Below, piece after piece: positions 27,847 through 39,504 of a DNA stretch of 64,000 bases (the stretch's first letter is position 1; the number at the start of each line of letters is the position of its first letter). The translations under genes and the position numbers were made by a program. The stretch spans positions 128,001-192,000 of the forward strand of contig JBFWVL010000006.1 in NCBI GenBank assembly GCA_050246755.1, written 5' to 3'. The notes beneath the pieces were generated by a model. It saw nothing but the letters and a program-made list of their open reading frames with translations, searched no databases and was not told where the DNA came from. The DNA comes from Bacteriovoracia bacterium. Its GTDB lineage: Bacteria > Bdellovibrionota > UBA1018 > CAIPTA01.

Positions 27847-30627
27847 CCTTTCACTTAGGAAAAATAGGGCTTGTTCTTGCGCTATTCATCGGAGGCCAGC
27901 CCGCGAGGGCCGACCTCTTTGGTGGTGACGGCGTGCCAAGAAACGCACGCGTGTAGGTGGTTGAAATGTACCACCCTCAGAAATTGGCCATTTATCTGAG
28001 TAGCTACCATGACGGCGTAGGCCGCAAGGCGGGGAAAACCCCTTCTACGTCGAAGCTCATGGGAAAATGGAGTGTTCAGGTGGCTTCGGTTTTGCTCGAA
28101 AGAGTGAGCCGTTGTCCGTCTCTGTCAGGAACACCCGCAAGTATCCAGGCCGCAACGAAAGTGAACCGCTGTCTAAGCGTCGTAACCAAAGCCAACGATC
28201 GTACAGAGTTTGTTGGTGATAGAGAGGTCGAGCCGGTCGTCTCCTGGCGAAGACTAAAATCAGTGTGGAAGCAATGGTCGAATGCACACACTGGCTCTCT
28301 CGGCGTTAAGGCGGGCGGCATGGATACATACACGCATGCGCAAACTTGGGATCTCCCTAGCGGTCCTAGTAGCACAATCCAGTGCGACTGGGAAGTCCGA
28401 CGTATAAGCACACAGTGCGAAAGCGAAGGAAACGCCGTTTTAGGGAAGTCGGATGAGGCAATAGTAGTGATGATGCCGAGGACATTACAACCTCGGCGGA
28501 GCGAAGTGCCTCTGCTTTTGAATACGTTTCCTCAAAGAAAGGGGGATGCATGATTGTCCAAAAGACTGAAAACGTGCGTGAGCGAAAGCTCACCAAGTCC
28601 CGCCTTCTGCAAAGGAAACTTTATTGTGCGGCCAAGGCCGACGGAAATCGTCGCTTTGGCATTCTGTTCGATAAGGTCTACCGCTGGGACATCCTGGAAG
28701 TGGCTTGGAAAATGATCCGAGCCAACCGGGGTGCATCCGGCATAGACCGGCAGTCCTTCGATGACATCGAAACGTATGGTGTCGAGAAGTTCTTGCGGGA
28801 ACTCCAAGAAGAGTTGCAATCGGGGAAATACCGTCCACAGCCAGTGCGACGAGTGATGATCCCGAAGGCCAATGGCAAATCGCGTCCGCTGGGAATCCCC
28901 ACGATCAAAGATCGTGTGGCCCAAATGGCTGTGAAACTTGTCATTGAGCCGCTCTTCGAAGCAGACTTTCAAGACTTCTCGTATGGGTTCCGTCCTCAAC
29001 GGAGCGCCCACCAAGCAATCAAAGAGGTACGCAAGTACATCAACTTTGGTTGCGAACATGTCATCGAAGTGGATCTTAAGTCCTTCTTCGACAGCATACC
29101 GCAGGACAAGCTGATGGATTTAGTTGCGCGTCGGATCTCTGATCCGCGCGTGCTGAAGATCATCAAGAGCTGGTTAACTGCGGGTGTTGCGACAGAAGCC
29201 GGAATTACTCGCTCGGTGATTGGGACTCCGCAGGGAGGTGTGATCTCGCCGTTACTGGCCAACATCTTCTTGAATGAGTTGGATCGTGAGTGGAGCAAAC
29301 GGGATTATGCAACTCGCAAGTGCGATGCGCATTTAGTCCGCTACGCCGACGACATGGTCGTCGCGTGTAAGTGGCGCCCGGAGTTCTACTACAAACAACT
29401 CATCGAGATCTTGAACACTCTTGGGGTGGAGGTCAACGCGGAGAAAACCCGCGTTGTACACGCGAGCGAGGGATTTGACTTTCTCGGCATTCATTTCAGG
29501 TTGGCCCCGTCTTATGCGGGCAAGATGAATTGCTATTACTGGCCATCACACAAGTCGGTTACGAACTTCAAGAAAACGATTCGCGAAATGGTGAACAACC
29601 GTTGCGCCGTCGATTTTGAGAAGATCATCGTGGCCGTCAATCCTGTGATCAGAGGCTGGGGCAATTACTTCGCCATCACGAATGCCGGAAAGTGCATGTG
29701 GGACTTAGATCGTTTTATCTGTGAGCGGTTTAACCGCGTTATCGCACGGGCCCGTAAGGTCCGTGGAGCTCATCAATCCGTTATGAGTGCAAAAGTTTTG
29801 TACGAACAATTTGGATTGATTGATCTTTACGGCCTAGCGAAGAAGGAGGCTGAATGCCGCACAATGAATTTCAATCGGTAAGCCGTATGAAGGAAAACTT
29901 CACGTACGGTTTGACGGGAAGGGATTGGAAATCTGTCTACGATTTGGTTAATAAGTCACTCCGCAACCGAAAGGGCGGAGCAACAGGATACCAAGTCTAC
30001 GAGATAAGGCGCCAATTCTTTACCCTACTGGCGGTGCTCACTCAGATTCTCGCCGAGAGCATCAAGCAGTATTACCAGCTTAAAGAAATCATCGGCCAGG
30101 GCCGCGATCAGGCGGATTTTTTGCGAAACCTCAATTCCGGTATTGAAAATTCAATCGGCCTTTTGCAATCGCTCCCCGTAAGGGATGAAAAAATCCTCGC
30201 CGAGCTGCGGGAATTTCAAGGGGCACTGAAAACCATTTCGGACGTTTATGGGATTATCCCTAAGAGCCGCGAGGCGACCATGCAGGCCCTTCACGATCAA
30301 ACGATTGCGGAGAGCCTTCGCATGATTACTTCGTTTAAGGAGTATTCAGAAAAGCAGGAGGAAAACTCCATCATGATCGCGGTGCAGAGCCGGGAGGCGT
30401 CGCCCAAGGGAGCGGCCCGGATGCAGGCCGAGACAAGCGCGGAGATTCTGCGCAGCCTCTCGCAGCTCATTCGGCTAAATACGCAGATGCTCAAGATGCA
30501 AAGTGAGCAATTTGCCATGCACAACAAAATGGGTAAAGACAGCGTGGGGAATTTTCAGCGTGTGAATCAAGACCTGGGCCGCAGCTTCCAGGGCTTCAAG
30601 TCGGAAATGGGACTCGTTAAATTCTAG
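27843..30627 (+). CDS. VirB5/TrbJ-like secreted protein split by a group II intron (exons 27843-27930 and 30029-30627)
   Basis: Joining the exons gives in-frame ...PARA|DLFGGDVAVLTQILAESIKQYYQL; coiled-coil; position between virB4 and virB6; apparent ATA start after AGGAGG. Confidence 0.7.
27931..30028 (+). mobile_element. group II intron
   Basis: 5' GCGTG (variant of GUGYG), domain V AAGCCGTATGAAGGAAAACTTCACGTACGGTTT (29880-29912), 3' end CCCTAC; removal restores the host frame. Confidence 0.9.
28550..29881 (+). CDS. ltrA: group II intron reverse transcriptase/maturase without endonuclease domain
   Basis: RPLGIPTIKDR, SYGFRP, GTPQGGVISPLLAN, RYADD, GFDFLG, RGWGNYF. Confidence 0.96.
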   Translation: MIVQKTENVRERKLTKSRLLQRKLYCAAKADGNRRFGILFDKVYRWDILEVAWKMIRANRGASGIDRQSFDDIETYGVEKFLRELQEELQSGKYRPQPVRRVMIPKANGKSRPLGIPTIKDRVAQMAVKLVIEPLFEADFQDFSYGFRPQRSAHQAIKEVRKYINFGCEHVIEVDLKSFFDSIPQDKLMDLVARRISDPRVLKIIKSWLTAGVATEAGITRSVIGTPQGGVISPLLANIFLNELDREWSKRDYATRKCDAHLVRYADDMVVACKWRPEFYYKQLIEILNTLGVEVNAEKTRVVHASEGFDFLGIHFRLAPSYAGKMNCYYWPSHKSVTNFKKTIREMVNNRCAVDFEKIIVAVNPVIRGWGNYFAITNAGKCMWDLDRFICERFNRVIARARKVRGAHQSVMSAKVLYEQFGLIDLYGLAKKEAECRTMNFNR

Positions 30628-31617
30628 GTGTTCGACTACCTCCCCGAAGTGGGAAGGCAGCTCCGGGGCGAGCTGATCGGGGTATATTGGACCTTGCTCG
30701 TCCCGTTTGTTGTACTTCTGATTATCCTGGAATTTTTCAAAGAAGAACCGCCAAACGTAAGAGAGATTTTTCGCAGAGTCGTTATTTCGATTATCATGCT
30801 CTATTCGTTTGATTACGTTATCAGCGCGATTGCCTTGGTTGGTGACGGGATCACGGAACGGATCGACGGGATTCAAAAGCTCTGGGACGTGATGAAAAAT
30901 CTAGGGCCGAATTACAACAATTCAACCGGCGACTGGTTTAGCCTAAGAGAAACTGCCATCTACTTTTTCGGTATCGCGGCCTATATCATTTCCTACCTTG
31001 GATTTTTTGTGGCCACGGCGTTGATTCATTTCGTGTGGACGGTTCTCTATATTTGCTCGCCCTTGATGATTCTTATGTACGTCTCGAAGGGCACGGCCTA
31101 CGTCACAAAAAGCCTTTACACAGGGTTGATCCAAGTCGTGACCTGGAAAGTGCTCTACTCGATTCTTGGGGTCTTGCTTTTGAAGCTCGCTATGAATCCG
31201 CAAGTGACCGGCATGGAGGATTACCTTATGTCGATCATCATAAACTTGTGCATTGGGGTTTCAATGCTCTTTATCCCGTTCGCTACAAAATCGTTCCTCA
31301 ATGATGGATTGCAAGGCGCGGCCTCCGCACTTGCGGCAGTGCCGACAATGGCGGCGGGTGTAGCAATCAAGGGTGCGGCATTGGCTGCGAGTAAGAAGCT
31401 CGCCGCGAAAGGCATGGCAGCAGGCAATTTCTTAAGCCTTCCTGCGCAGAACTGGACCGGAGCCAAGATCGACAAGATGCGAGCGCGGTTTAGCCCTGCT
31501 ATCGCAAAAGCACAGAACATGAAGCAGCAATGGAAAGATTTGGGACTAGCGACAAGAACAAATGCCTTTGGGCATAGTGAAAAAATAAGGAGAAATAGAG
31601 ATAGAAGCAAAAAATGA
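30628..31617 (+). CDS. VirB6/TrbL-like polytopic membrane protein
   Basis: Multiple TM helices, Ala/Gly-rich tail, T4SS gene order. Confidence 0.7.
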   Translation: MFDYLPEVGRQLRGELIGVYWTLLVPFVVLLIILEFFKEEPPNVREIFRRVVISIIMLYSFDYVISAIALVGDGITERIDGIQKLWDVMKNLGPNYNNSTGDWFSLRETAIYFFGIAAYIISYLGFFVATALIHFVWTVLYICSPLMILMYVSKGTAYVTKSLYTGLIQVVTWKVLYSILGVLLLKLAMNPQVTGMEDYLMSIIINLCIGVSMLFIPFATKSFLNDGLQGAASALAAVPTMAAGVAIKGAALAASKKLAAKGMAAGNFLSLPAQNWTGAKIDKMRARFSPAIAKAQNMKQQWKDLGLATRTNAFGHSEKIRRNRDRSKK

Positions 31618-32197
31618 GGAAAGAAAGCCCGTTGACCAGTGGCTTGCACTCAATCAAATGCTGCACCTTCACCGCGCCTTGAATTTCGTGGCGGGTGGCG
31701 TGGTCGCGGTGTTGATTGGAGTGATCGTAATGATGGCTTTCCAATCGCCGCTGGTGATTTTGACGAGCAGCCAGGAAAAGCATTACTACCAAACGGAAAG
31801 AAAGCCCGACACCATCACGGAAAAGGACGTGGAGAATTTTGTCCGTGATTTTTTGGAACAGCTTTTTACCTGGGACGATCTTGCGCCGGAGGTGATTCTA
31901 AAGCGGGTTACGCCGCTTGTGACCTCCGGCCTGCTTGATCGCATACGGCAAGAGCTGATCCAGAAAACGCAGAAGGACTTTAAGGGAAAAACCCTTTCGC
32001 AAGAGATCGTGGGCGTGAAAATCCAAGTCACGCCCAAGGAGGTGATTGCTTCCTTTGACAAGGTTTTGAAGATTAACGGCGTGTCGCTCGTGATCCCCAC
32101 GCAAATGGCGTTTAACATCATTGGCGGCGGCTCTACCCGGTGGAATCCGATGGGCCTTTACGTCAACGGCCTCACCGAGCACGAAGGTCGGAATTAG
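31601..32197 (+). CDS. VirB8/TraE-like protein
   Basis: Single TM, VENFVRDFLEQL, RWNPMGLYV; open frame extends back from ATG 31658 to ATA 31601 behind AAGGAG. Confidence 0.7.
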   Translation: MEAKNEERKPVDQWLALNQMLHLHRALNFVAGGVVAVLIGVIVMMAFQSPLVILTSSQEKHYYQTERKPDTITEKDVENFVRDFLEQLFTWDDLAPEVILKRVTPLVTSGLLDRIRQELIQKTQKDFKGKTLSQEIVGVKIQVTPKEVIASFDKVLKINGVSLVIPTQMAFNIIGGGSTRWNPMGLYVNGLTEHEGRN

Positions 32198-32909
32198 TGC
32201 CCTAATTCTGGCTTTGGCCTGTCTGCTTCCTTTCAAGGCGCAGGCAGGCACGGTGCGAACGATTGGCGTAAGCGATAGCGCCATGACGCCGATTTATCTA
32301 AAACGTGGGAAATCAACCGTGCTGCGGTTTACCGACAAACCTAGAAAGGTCGTCGTTGGGAATCAGAACTATTACAGCATCGAGTTTATTGAGAACGATC
32401 TGGCAATCCAGCCGCTAGGCAGTGTGGCAACGAATCTCTTTGTCTATACGGAGAGCCGCACCTATGGGTTTTTGCTGACACCGGGGGAACGCTACGACGA
32501 TTTGGTTTTTGTGCGCTGGAAGTTTTCGGGCGAAAGGATCAAGGGAAGCGAGAAGGCCCTGCCCGAAAAGGAGAGCCACCCCCATCTTTCCTTTAAGATC
32601 GGAAAGGCCTTTAAGGTCACGGTTGAGAGAGTGAAAACCCAAAGCGCCCTTGGGCTTCACCTGATTGACTGCATAGTGGAAAACACCGGAAAAGCGGAAA
32701 TTGCGCTTTCAAAGGCCGCGCTTCAGGCGATGCGCCGAGGGGCCAGGCTCGATAAGCAGGAAGTGGTTTTTGAGAAGGACAAGCTAAAGCCAAAAGAAAA
32801 ATCAAAGGCTCGGCTTGTCCTGAAGCTCGATAAAAAGGCCGACTTCACTCTCGAAGGAAAATTCGGGAGTGAAAGCGGCAAGGTCATCTTGGGCCGCAAA
32901 TTCCTGTGA
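32121..32909 (+). CDS. VirB9/TraK-like secreted protein (start uncertain)
   Basis: Signal ending AQA, STVLRF, TNLFVYT..RTY. Confidence 0.7.
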   Translation: MAAALPGGIRWAFTSTASPSTKVGISALILALACLLPFKAQAGTVRTIGVSDSAMTPIYLKRGKSTVLRFTDKPRKVVVGNQNYYSIEFIENDLAIQPLGSVATNLFVYTESRTYGFLLTPGERYDDLVFVRWKFSGERIKGSEKALPEKESHPHLSFKIGKAFKVTVERVKTQSALGLHLIDCIVENTGKAEIALSKAALQAMRRGARLDKQEVVFEKDKLKPKEKSKARLVLKLDKKADFTLEGKFGSESGKVILGRKFL

Positions 32910-33871
32910 ATAAGATAAAGCAGGCTTTGCGGTTCGGTTCGATCAAGAAATCCTTTCGCAAATTCTTTCTCGTCAAGGATGGCGGGAAAGAGGTTTTGCG
33001 CATCAAGCGTACGATGCTCGTTGTGGCGCTAGTCGTGCTCATTGGCGTGGGCGTAACGCATATCTTTAGCGACCAAGACGATACGAGTTTTTTTGGAAAG
33101 ACGGATAAGCCAATCGTGGCAAATGAGGAAGCGCCGGCCACTGATCCCAAGGCGGCGGGCACGGTCGGAAGTCTACTTAAAAACTCGGAATCAAAGGGCA
33201 CAAGGAGCCGAGCGCCCCGCCGTGAAGGCGGCGGCATGAAAATCAACTATCGCGCCAAGCAAGTTCTCGTAAGCGAGGGTGCATTTGATTCGGCTAGAAC
33301 GATCCCAATGGGAACGAACCTCATCGGAAAGACGCTTACCACGATTGACACGAGAGACGCCAATCAACTGGTTAAGGTTCTTTTGCCTTATGGCGGCCGG
33401 TTTTCTGGCGGAGGTGAGATCCCAAAAAACTCGATTGTCTTTGGACAAGTGAGCTATGGAGGAAAAGGCAAAAAGGTCTTTATCAAGTTTAGCAAAGGCA
33501 TTCTCCCAAGCGGAGAGGAATTTCCTATAGAGGCGCAAGCCTTAAGCTCCGGTGATTACTCGCCCGGCGTCTCTGGCCGTTTTCACGGCAATGCGGATTT
33601 GCGGATCGCCTCTACCTTGGGGCTTACGATGGTGGCCGGTATGAGCGACGTTTTGACCGAAAAGGAATCTCTTGGCGGGAGCGCCCTGCAATCGGGATCG
33701 GTCACGCCGAAAGCGACCATGAAGAACGCCATCATGCACGGTGTTTCTCAAGTTGCGCAATCGGAAGCGCAAAGACAGGCCGAAGAGATCGGCAACGAGC
33801 AGGAATATGTCACGGTGGATGCTGGGACGGATTTGATCGTGAGCCTTTTGAGGGCTTTTGTTGAGCAGTGA
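32906..33871 (+). CDS. VirB10/TrbI-like protein
   Basis: N-terminal TM, IPMGTNLIG, IPKNSIVFG, GVSG, VTVDAGT. Confidence 0.8.
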   Translation: MNKIKQALRFGSIKKSFRKFFLVKDGGKEVLRIKRTMLVVALVVLIGVGVTHIFSDQDDTSFFGKTDKPIVANEEAPATDPKAAGTVGSLLKNSESKGTRSRAPRREGGGMKINYRAKQVLVSEGAFDSARTIPMGTNLIGKTLTTIDTRDANQLVKVLLPYGGRFSGGGEIPKNSIVFGQVSYGGKGKKVFIKFSKGILPSGEEFPIEAQALSSGDYSPGVSGRFHGNADLRIASTLGLTMVAGMSDVLTEKESLGGSALQSGSVTPKATMKNAIMHGVSQVAQSEAQRQAEEIGNEQEYVTVDAGTDLIVSLLRAFVEQ

Positions 33872-35369
33872 ACGCCCCAAGAATAGCGGAAACAAGAATT
33901 TAGAAAATCTGGTGATTGGCCTGGGCAAGATCGCCTGGGGCATTTCGCGGATTTGCTGGCACGGGTTTAGCCGGACGATGTTTAAGAAAGTAGAGGGATG
34001 CCTTTCCTTCCTGCTCCTTGCCCTGGTGCCTCTTGTGCTCGTGTATTGGGATTGGGCGCATCTTCACCTTCTCCATTGGATATTCCCTTCGGTCTTTTCC
34101 CTTGGCGTGGTTCGGTTTTTTGTCGTTCATGTACCTCAGTTCGTTCAGTTCTTGCTCTTGGCCGGGGCCTTGATTGTGCCCCTCGGTGTGGCGCTTGGGT
34201 TTGTTCACTTCTTTCAGGTGTTGAGGTTTCAGCGGGATTTGCGGCTGATCGACCTTAAATCCGCGACAGGAACCGAGCCGAAGGTGGTTGATGTGGAAAC
34301 GCCCGAGCCATTTAAGAAGAAAATCACCCTGGCAAGCCAGGGGATCGGTCTTGACCGCTACTTGAGCAAGAAATCGGATTTGGAATCAAGTTTCGGCGCT
34401 ATCGTTGAAGAAATCCATGTCTCTCCCAAAAGCCGAAAGCTCATCGAGATTAGGCTGGCCGAGAAGGAGTTGCCAAAACTCGTTAGCTACCAAGATTGTG
34501 TTTCTGCGCTCACGGAGCCCCATTCCTTCCTCATTGGGGAATCCTTGGGTGGCGTGATCGCGCAGACTATTCGCTCGCTTCCCCATCTTTTGATCGCGGG
34601 AACGAGCGGAAACGGGAAAAGCGTGTTCTTCAATCAGACCTTGATTAGCTTGATAAGAACCTCGCCGCATATCCAGCTCTATCTCTTGGATCTGAAGTTG
34701 GGCGTTGAAGTGAAGGCTTATAGCGGTCTTCCTAACGTGCGGATCGCAAAAGACGCTGACGAGGCGGTTACGCTTTTGCAAGCTGTGGTGAAAGAGATGA
34801 TGGCGCGGTTTACCTATTTGGAAAAATCGGGGCGCAAGCTCATTGACCCCGTTCGTGATGGCCGGGATTTGATCGTGGTCGGCGTGGATGAGGCATCCGT
34901 GCTCTACAAGAAAAAGAATGGTGATCGGGAGGCGAACGAAGCGACCAATCGCGCCCGAGAGCTGACCGATGAAATCACGAAGCTGGGCCGAGCTGCCGGG
35001 ATTCACCTGATCGCGGCCACGCAAAAGGTGACGACGAAGACCATCGAAACCGACGTGCAAGAAAACATTGGTGGTCGCATTTGCTTTCGCGTGGGGACAC
35101 TCCAGGGATCAAACACGGTGCTGGGGAATAAAATGGCTTACGAGCTTCCCGATATTAAAGGGCGAGCCATTTGGAACTGCGGGAACGACTTTATCGAAGT
35201 GCAAACGCCCTTCCTCTCTGAATCCATGATCGAAAAGGAAATTTCTTCGATTCAGGCGGATTTTTCTTCGGGCGCACGGAAATGCCTTCAGGCAATGGTG
35301 GCGGATAAGAAAAAGGAAAGCGCGAAGGCCGATGAAGTGCAGGATCAGGTTATTGATAGTGCCACGTAA
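33858..35369 (+). CDS. FtsK/SpoIIIE-type coupling ATPase
   Basis: TM segments, PHLLIAGTSGNGKS, DLKLGVE, VDEA, GRAAGIHLIAATQ. Confidence 0.9.
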   Translation: MLSSERPKNSGNKNLENLVIGLGKIAWGISRICWHGFSRTMFKKVEGCLSFLLLALVPLVLVYWDWAHLHLLHWIFPSVFSLGVVRFFVVHVPQFVQFLLLAGALIVPLGVALGFVHFFQVLRFQRDLRLIDLKSATGTEPKVVDVETPEPFKKKITLASQGIGLDRYLSKKSDLESSFGAIVEEIHVSPKSRKLIEIRLAEKELPKLVSYQDCVSALTEPHSFLIGESLGGVIAQTIRSLPHLLIAGTSGNGKSVFFNQTLISLIRTSPHIQLYLLDLKLGVEVKAYSGLPNVRIAKDADEAVTLLQAVVKEMMARFTYLEKSGRKLIDPVRDGRDLIVVGVDEASVLYKKKNGDREANEATNRARELTDEITKLGRAAGIHLIAATQKVTTKTIETDVQENIGGRICFRVGTLQGSNTVLGNKMAYELPDIKGRAIWNCGNDFIEVQTPFLSESMIEKEISSIQADFSSGARKCLQAMVADKKKESAKADEVQDQVIDSAT

Positions 35370-35372
35370 TCC

Positions 35373-36128
35373 GTGAGGCGAAGCAAAAAGCGGATCGTGC
35401 TAGTCGAGCGGGATAGGCTGCTTTTTACCAGGATTTTCGAGAATCGGGTCATGTCTGCCGCGCAGATCGAGACGGAGTTTTTTTCTAGTGTGGCACGGCA
35501 GACTTTCGCCGCTCGCCTATTAAAGCTCACCCGTTATGGATTTCTGGATAGGAAAGTTGTGTCGCCTTTAGATGCCAAGAGCTATGCGGTGTATTCCATA
35601 ACGCCGAAGGCGCTTGCGGTCGTAAAGGCGCGGTATCCTTTTCGGATCGTAAAGGACTATTGCAAGAGTGATTCCGTGGAGCATGACGTGGAGTTGGTAA
35701 ACGTGCGAAATCGCCTTCGGGCGCTCCGCTCGGTAGCCGCCCACTATACAGAGAATATGCTTCAGGCTTGCGAGGATTTCACTAACACGGATTCCTTGGC
35801 GGCGTTTAAGAAACAAAACACGGATGCGGCTCTGGCGATTAGGAAGAACGGAAAAATTACGGTTGTGGGTCTTGAATTTGAGAGAAGCGAAAAGGCTTTC
35901 GGTCGTTATACCAAAAAGCTCTTTAGCTATTACGCCGATTCAAGCACGGCGGTCGTTTTCTACGTTTGCCGAAGTCTTGCCATTCAACGGGTGGTCGCCC
36001 GCGCTGAGGCTTCCATTATGGGATCAAACCGCCCGCGCTGCTTCTATGCTCTTTTGGAGAATGTGCTGAAGCAGAGCGAGAAATGTACATTCAAGAATCT
36101 TAAAGGAGACACCATTACACTCGATTAA
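35373..36128 (+). CDS. replication-relaxation (Replic_Relax-like) protein, candidate relaxase
   Basis: N-terminal wHTH (RLLKL..GFL..YSIT), EHD motif, D..LEFERSEK..Y..K...Y nuclease pattern. Confidence 0.65.
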   Translation: MRRSKKRIVLVERDRLLFTRIFENRVMSAAQIETEFFSSVARQTFAARLLKLTRYGFLDRKVVSPLDAKSYAVYSITPKALAVVKARYPFRIVKDYCKSDSVEHDVELVNVRNRLRALRSVAAHYTENMLQACEDFTNTDSLAAFKKQNTDAALAIRKNGKITVVGLEFERSEKAFGRYTKKLFSYYADSSTAVVFYVCRSLAIQRVVARAEASIMGSNRPRCFYALLENVLKQSEKCTFKNLKGDTITLD

Positions 36129-36132
36129 ATGC

Positions 36133-36200
36133 TGTAAGTGGCCGCTTGCAAGTCTCCTGCTGGGCTCCTGCAACGGCAGGAGCCCTAAACTTGTAAGTGG
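36133..36200. repeat. hairpin with flanking direct repeats, candidate oriT
   Basis: GGGCTCCTGC-AACG-GCAGGAGCCC (36162-36185) flanked by TGTAAGTGG twice; no T tract. Confidence 0.45.
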
Positions 36201-36301
36201 TTGGAATCAGGGGGTCGAAAAATGAATTTTAAAATGGAGTATAGGGTTATGAGGATTTTGGTTTTTGTGACGAATGACGATGGAAAAACGAGGGAGAACG
36301 T

Positions 36302-36760
36302 ATAGAAAAAATCGTAAGGATAGTGCTCGTCTGTGCGATGGGCATGGCGGCGGGATGCGCAACAATGAAGCAATCCCTGGTTACGGGTATTGGAGCGGGA
36401 GCCGTGACGGGATTGGTATTAGGTCCGGCTGTAAACCATTCGGGATCAAACGCAAGGCTTGGCGGCGCTTTGATCGGCGCTGCTTTTGGCGGGCTCGCTG
36501 CGTATTTCATCCATGACGGGATCGAGGCCCGCGACGCTCGCATAAGGAAAGAAACGCTGTTCAATCTGGACAAGTTCAACGTGTCGCGCCCGAGTAGTGG
36601 CGGCATGGAATCCGAATACGGACTTGCGACCCCGAATATCGAAACACAGTGTTTTGATACTGAAGTGCGCGGAAACAGGTTGGTTCAGGCGCATTGTGAA
36701 TCGCGGATCATCGGAAGCCCCGAGTGGGTGAAAGGGCGAAAGAAAAAGGCCAGTGAGTAA
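36302..36760 (+). CDS. glycine-zipper lipoprotein (TraV/VirB7-like position)
   Basis: Lipobox AAGC, GxxxG zipper; frame extends to ATA 36302 behind AGGGAG. Confidence 0.7.
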   Translation: MEKIVRIVLVCAMGMAAGCATMKQSLVTGIGAGAVTGLVLGPAVNHSGSNARLGGALIGAAFGGLAAYFIHDGIEARDARIRKETLFNLDKFNVSRPSSGGMESEYGLATPNIETQCFDTEVRGNRLVQAHCESRIIGSPEWVKGRKKKASE

Positions 36761-37100
36761 CGAGCTGCGGATTGTGCTTACCGGCCCGGCCAAGGAAGCC
36801 CACGACAAAATGTTGGAGGAAGCACGGAATGGAAAGACCAGCATTAACTCGTCAAGGCTGATTAACTGGATCGTGGCCGACTACTTCGCCCGGTATTTCC
36901 TGAAGCGCAAGGAGGCCCTTTGCAAAGCCCATTTTAACGAGCGTAAACACCTCCTGGAAGCCATGAAGATTGAAGACCCGGAGCAACGGCGGCGTGCGAT
37001 TCAGGAGGCAGCGCGAAATCTTGGTCGAAGTCGTCTGCGACGAAAAAATGCGCCGCTCACCGCACAGGAAAACGGTGCGACGAATGACGAAATTTCTTGA
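36753..37100 (+). CDS. hypothetical protein (possible ribbon-helix-helix-like)
   Basis: Overlaps the previous stop; LRIVL..SRLINWIV pattern. Confidence 0.55.
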   Translation: MSNELRIVLTGPAKEAHDKMLEEARNGKTSINSSRLINWIVADYFARYFLKRKEALCKAHFNERKHLLEAMKIEDPEQRRRAIQEAARNLGRSRLRRKNAPLTAQENGATNDEIS

Positions 37101-37101
37101 T

Positions 37102-37121
37102 TAGTAACAAATTTGTTACTA
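37102..37121. promoter_or_regulatory. perfect 20-bp palindrome, putative operator
   Basis: TAGTAACAAATTTGTTACTA directly upstream of the HTH gene. Confidence 0.65.
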
Positions 37122-37133
37122 TATTGAAATGCA

Positions 37134-37385
37134 ATGAAGGAATCGGAACGAACAGTAAAAAAAATTAGGGATGGGCTCCTCGATGAGCTGAATCAGGAAG
37201 TCGAAAACCGTTTCGGTAGCAATAAAGCTAAAGCCGCCGAAGCGGTTGCCATGAACCGGATTCAGTTTACGAATCTTTGTAACGAGAAGGTGGGAGCCAC
37301 GATAGATAAGTTAATTCAGATTGGCGCAACACTCGGTTGGAAGATTGAGCTAACCGTCAATCGAAAGCCAGGAGACAAAAAGTAG
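37134..37385 (+). CDS. XRE-like HTH regulator
   Basis: KAKAAEAVAMNRIQFTNLCN..TIDKLIQIGATLG. Confidence 0.7.
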   Translation: MKESERTVKKIRDGLLDELNQEVENRFGSNKAKAAEAVAMNRIQFTNLCNEKVGATIDKLIQIGATLGWKIELTVNRKPGDKK

Positions 37386-37427
37386 TTAGATTAAAAAAAA
37401 CTGAACATTACTCCGTGGGAGTGATGA

Positions 37428-37647
37428 GTGCCAGGCTCTAAGAGAGCTTCGAGGAAACGGGCCAAGCGGAAGCCGCCACGCGAATCGAAAACATTGCGAA
37501 ATGCAAAGGTTATCGAGGTTGTGTTTTTGAGAGATGAATCTGTTTCGAGTGAAATTAGGATCACAGAGGCAAAAAATCTTATTGCCCAAATGATCGAGTT
37601 ATCCCATCGGCGCGGAAGACCCCGCAAGGTGGAAGAGGAGAGCGAAG

Positions 37648-37658
<11 letters not shown>
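37428..37658 (+). CDS. small basic protein upstream of the integrase
   Basis: Arg/Lys-rich, RRGRPRK motif, overlaps the integrase start. Confidence 0.55.

Positions 37659-39504
<1,846 letters not shown>

Noticed and set aside
27957-28553. 198-aa ORF upstream of the RT
   Set aside because: Lies in structured intron RNA (domains I-III); composition is not protein-like
28550-29881. RT as retron, DGR or defence RT
   Set aside because: Domain V, a CCCTAC 3' end, maturase motif RGWGNYF and exon restoration identify a group II intron
29854-30028. N-terminal 58 aa of the 257-aa ORF in the track
   Set aside because: Overlaps intron domains V-VI; the true coding part begins at exon 2 (30029)
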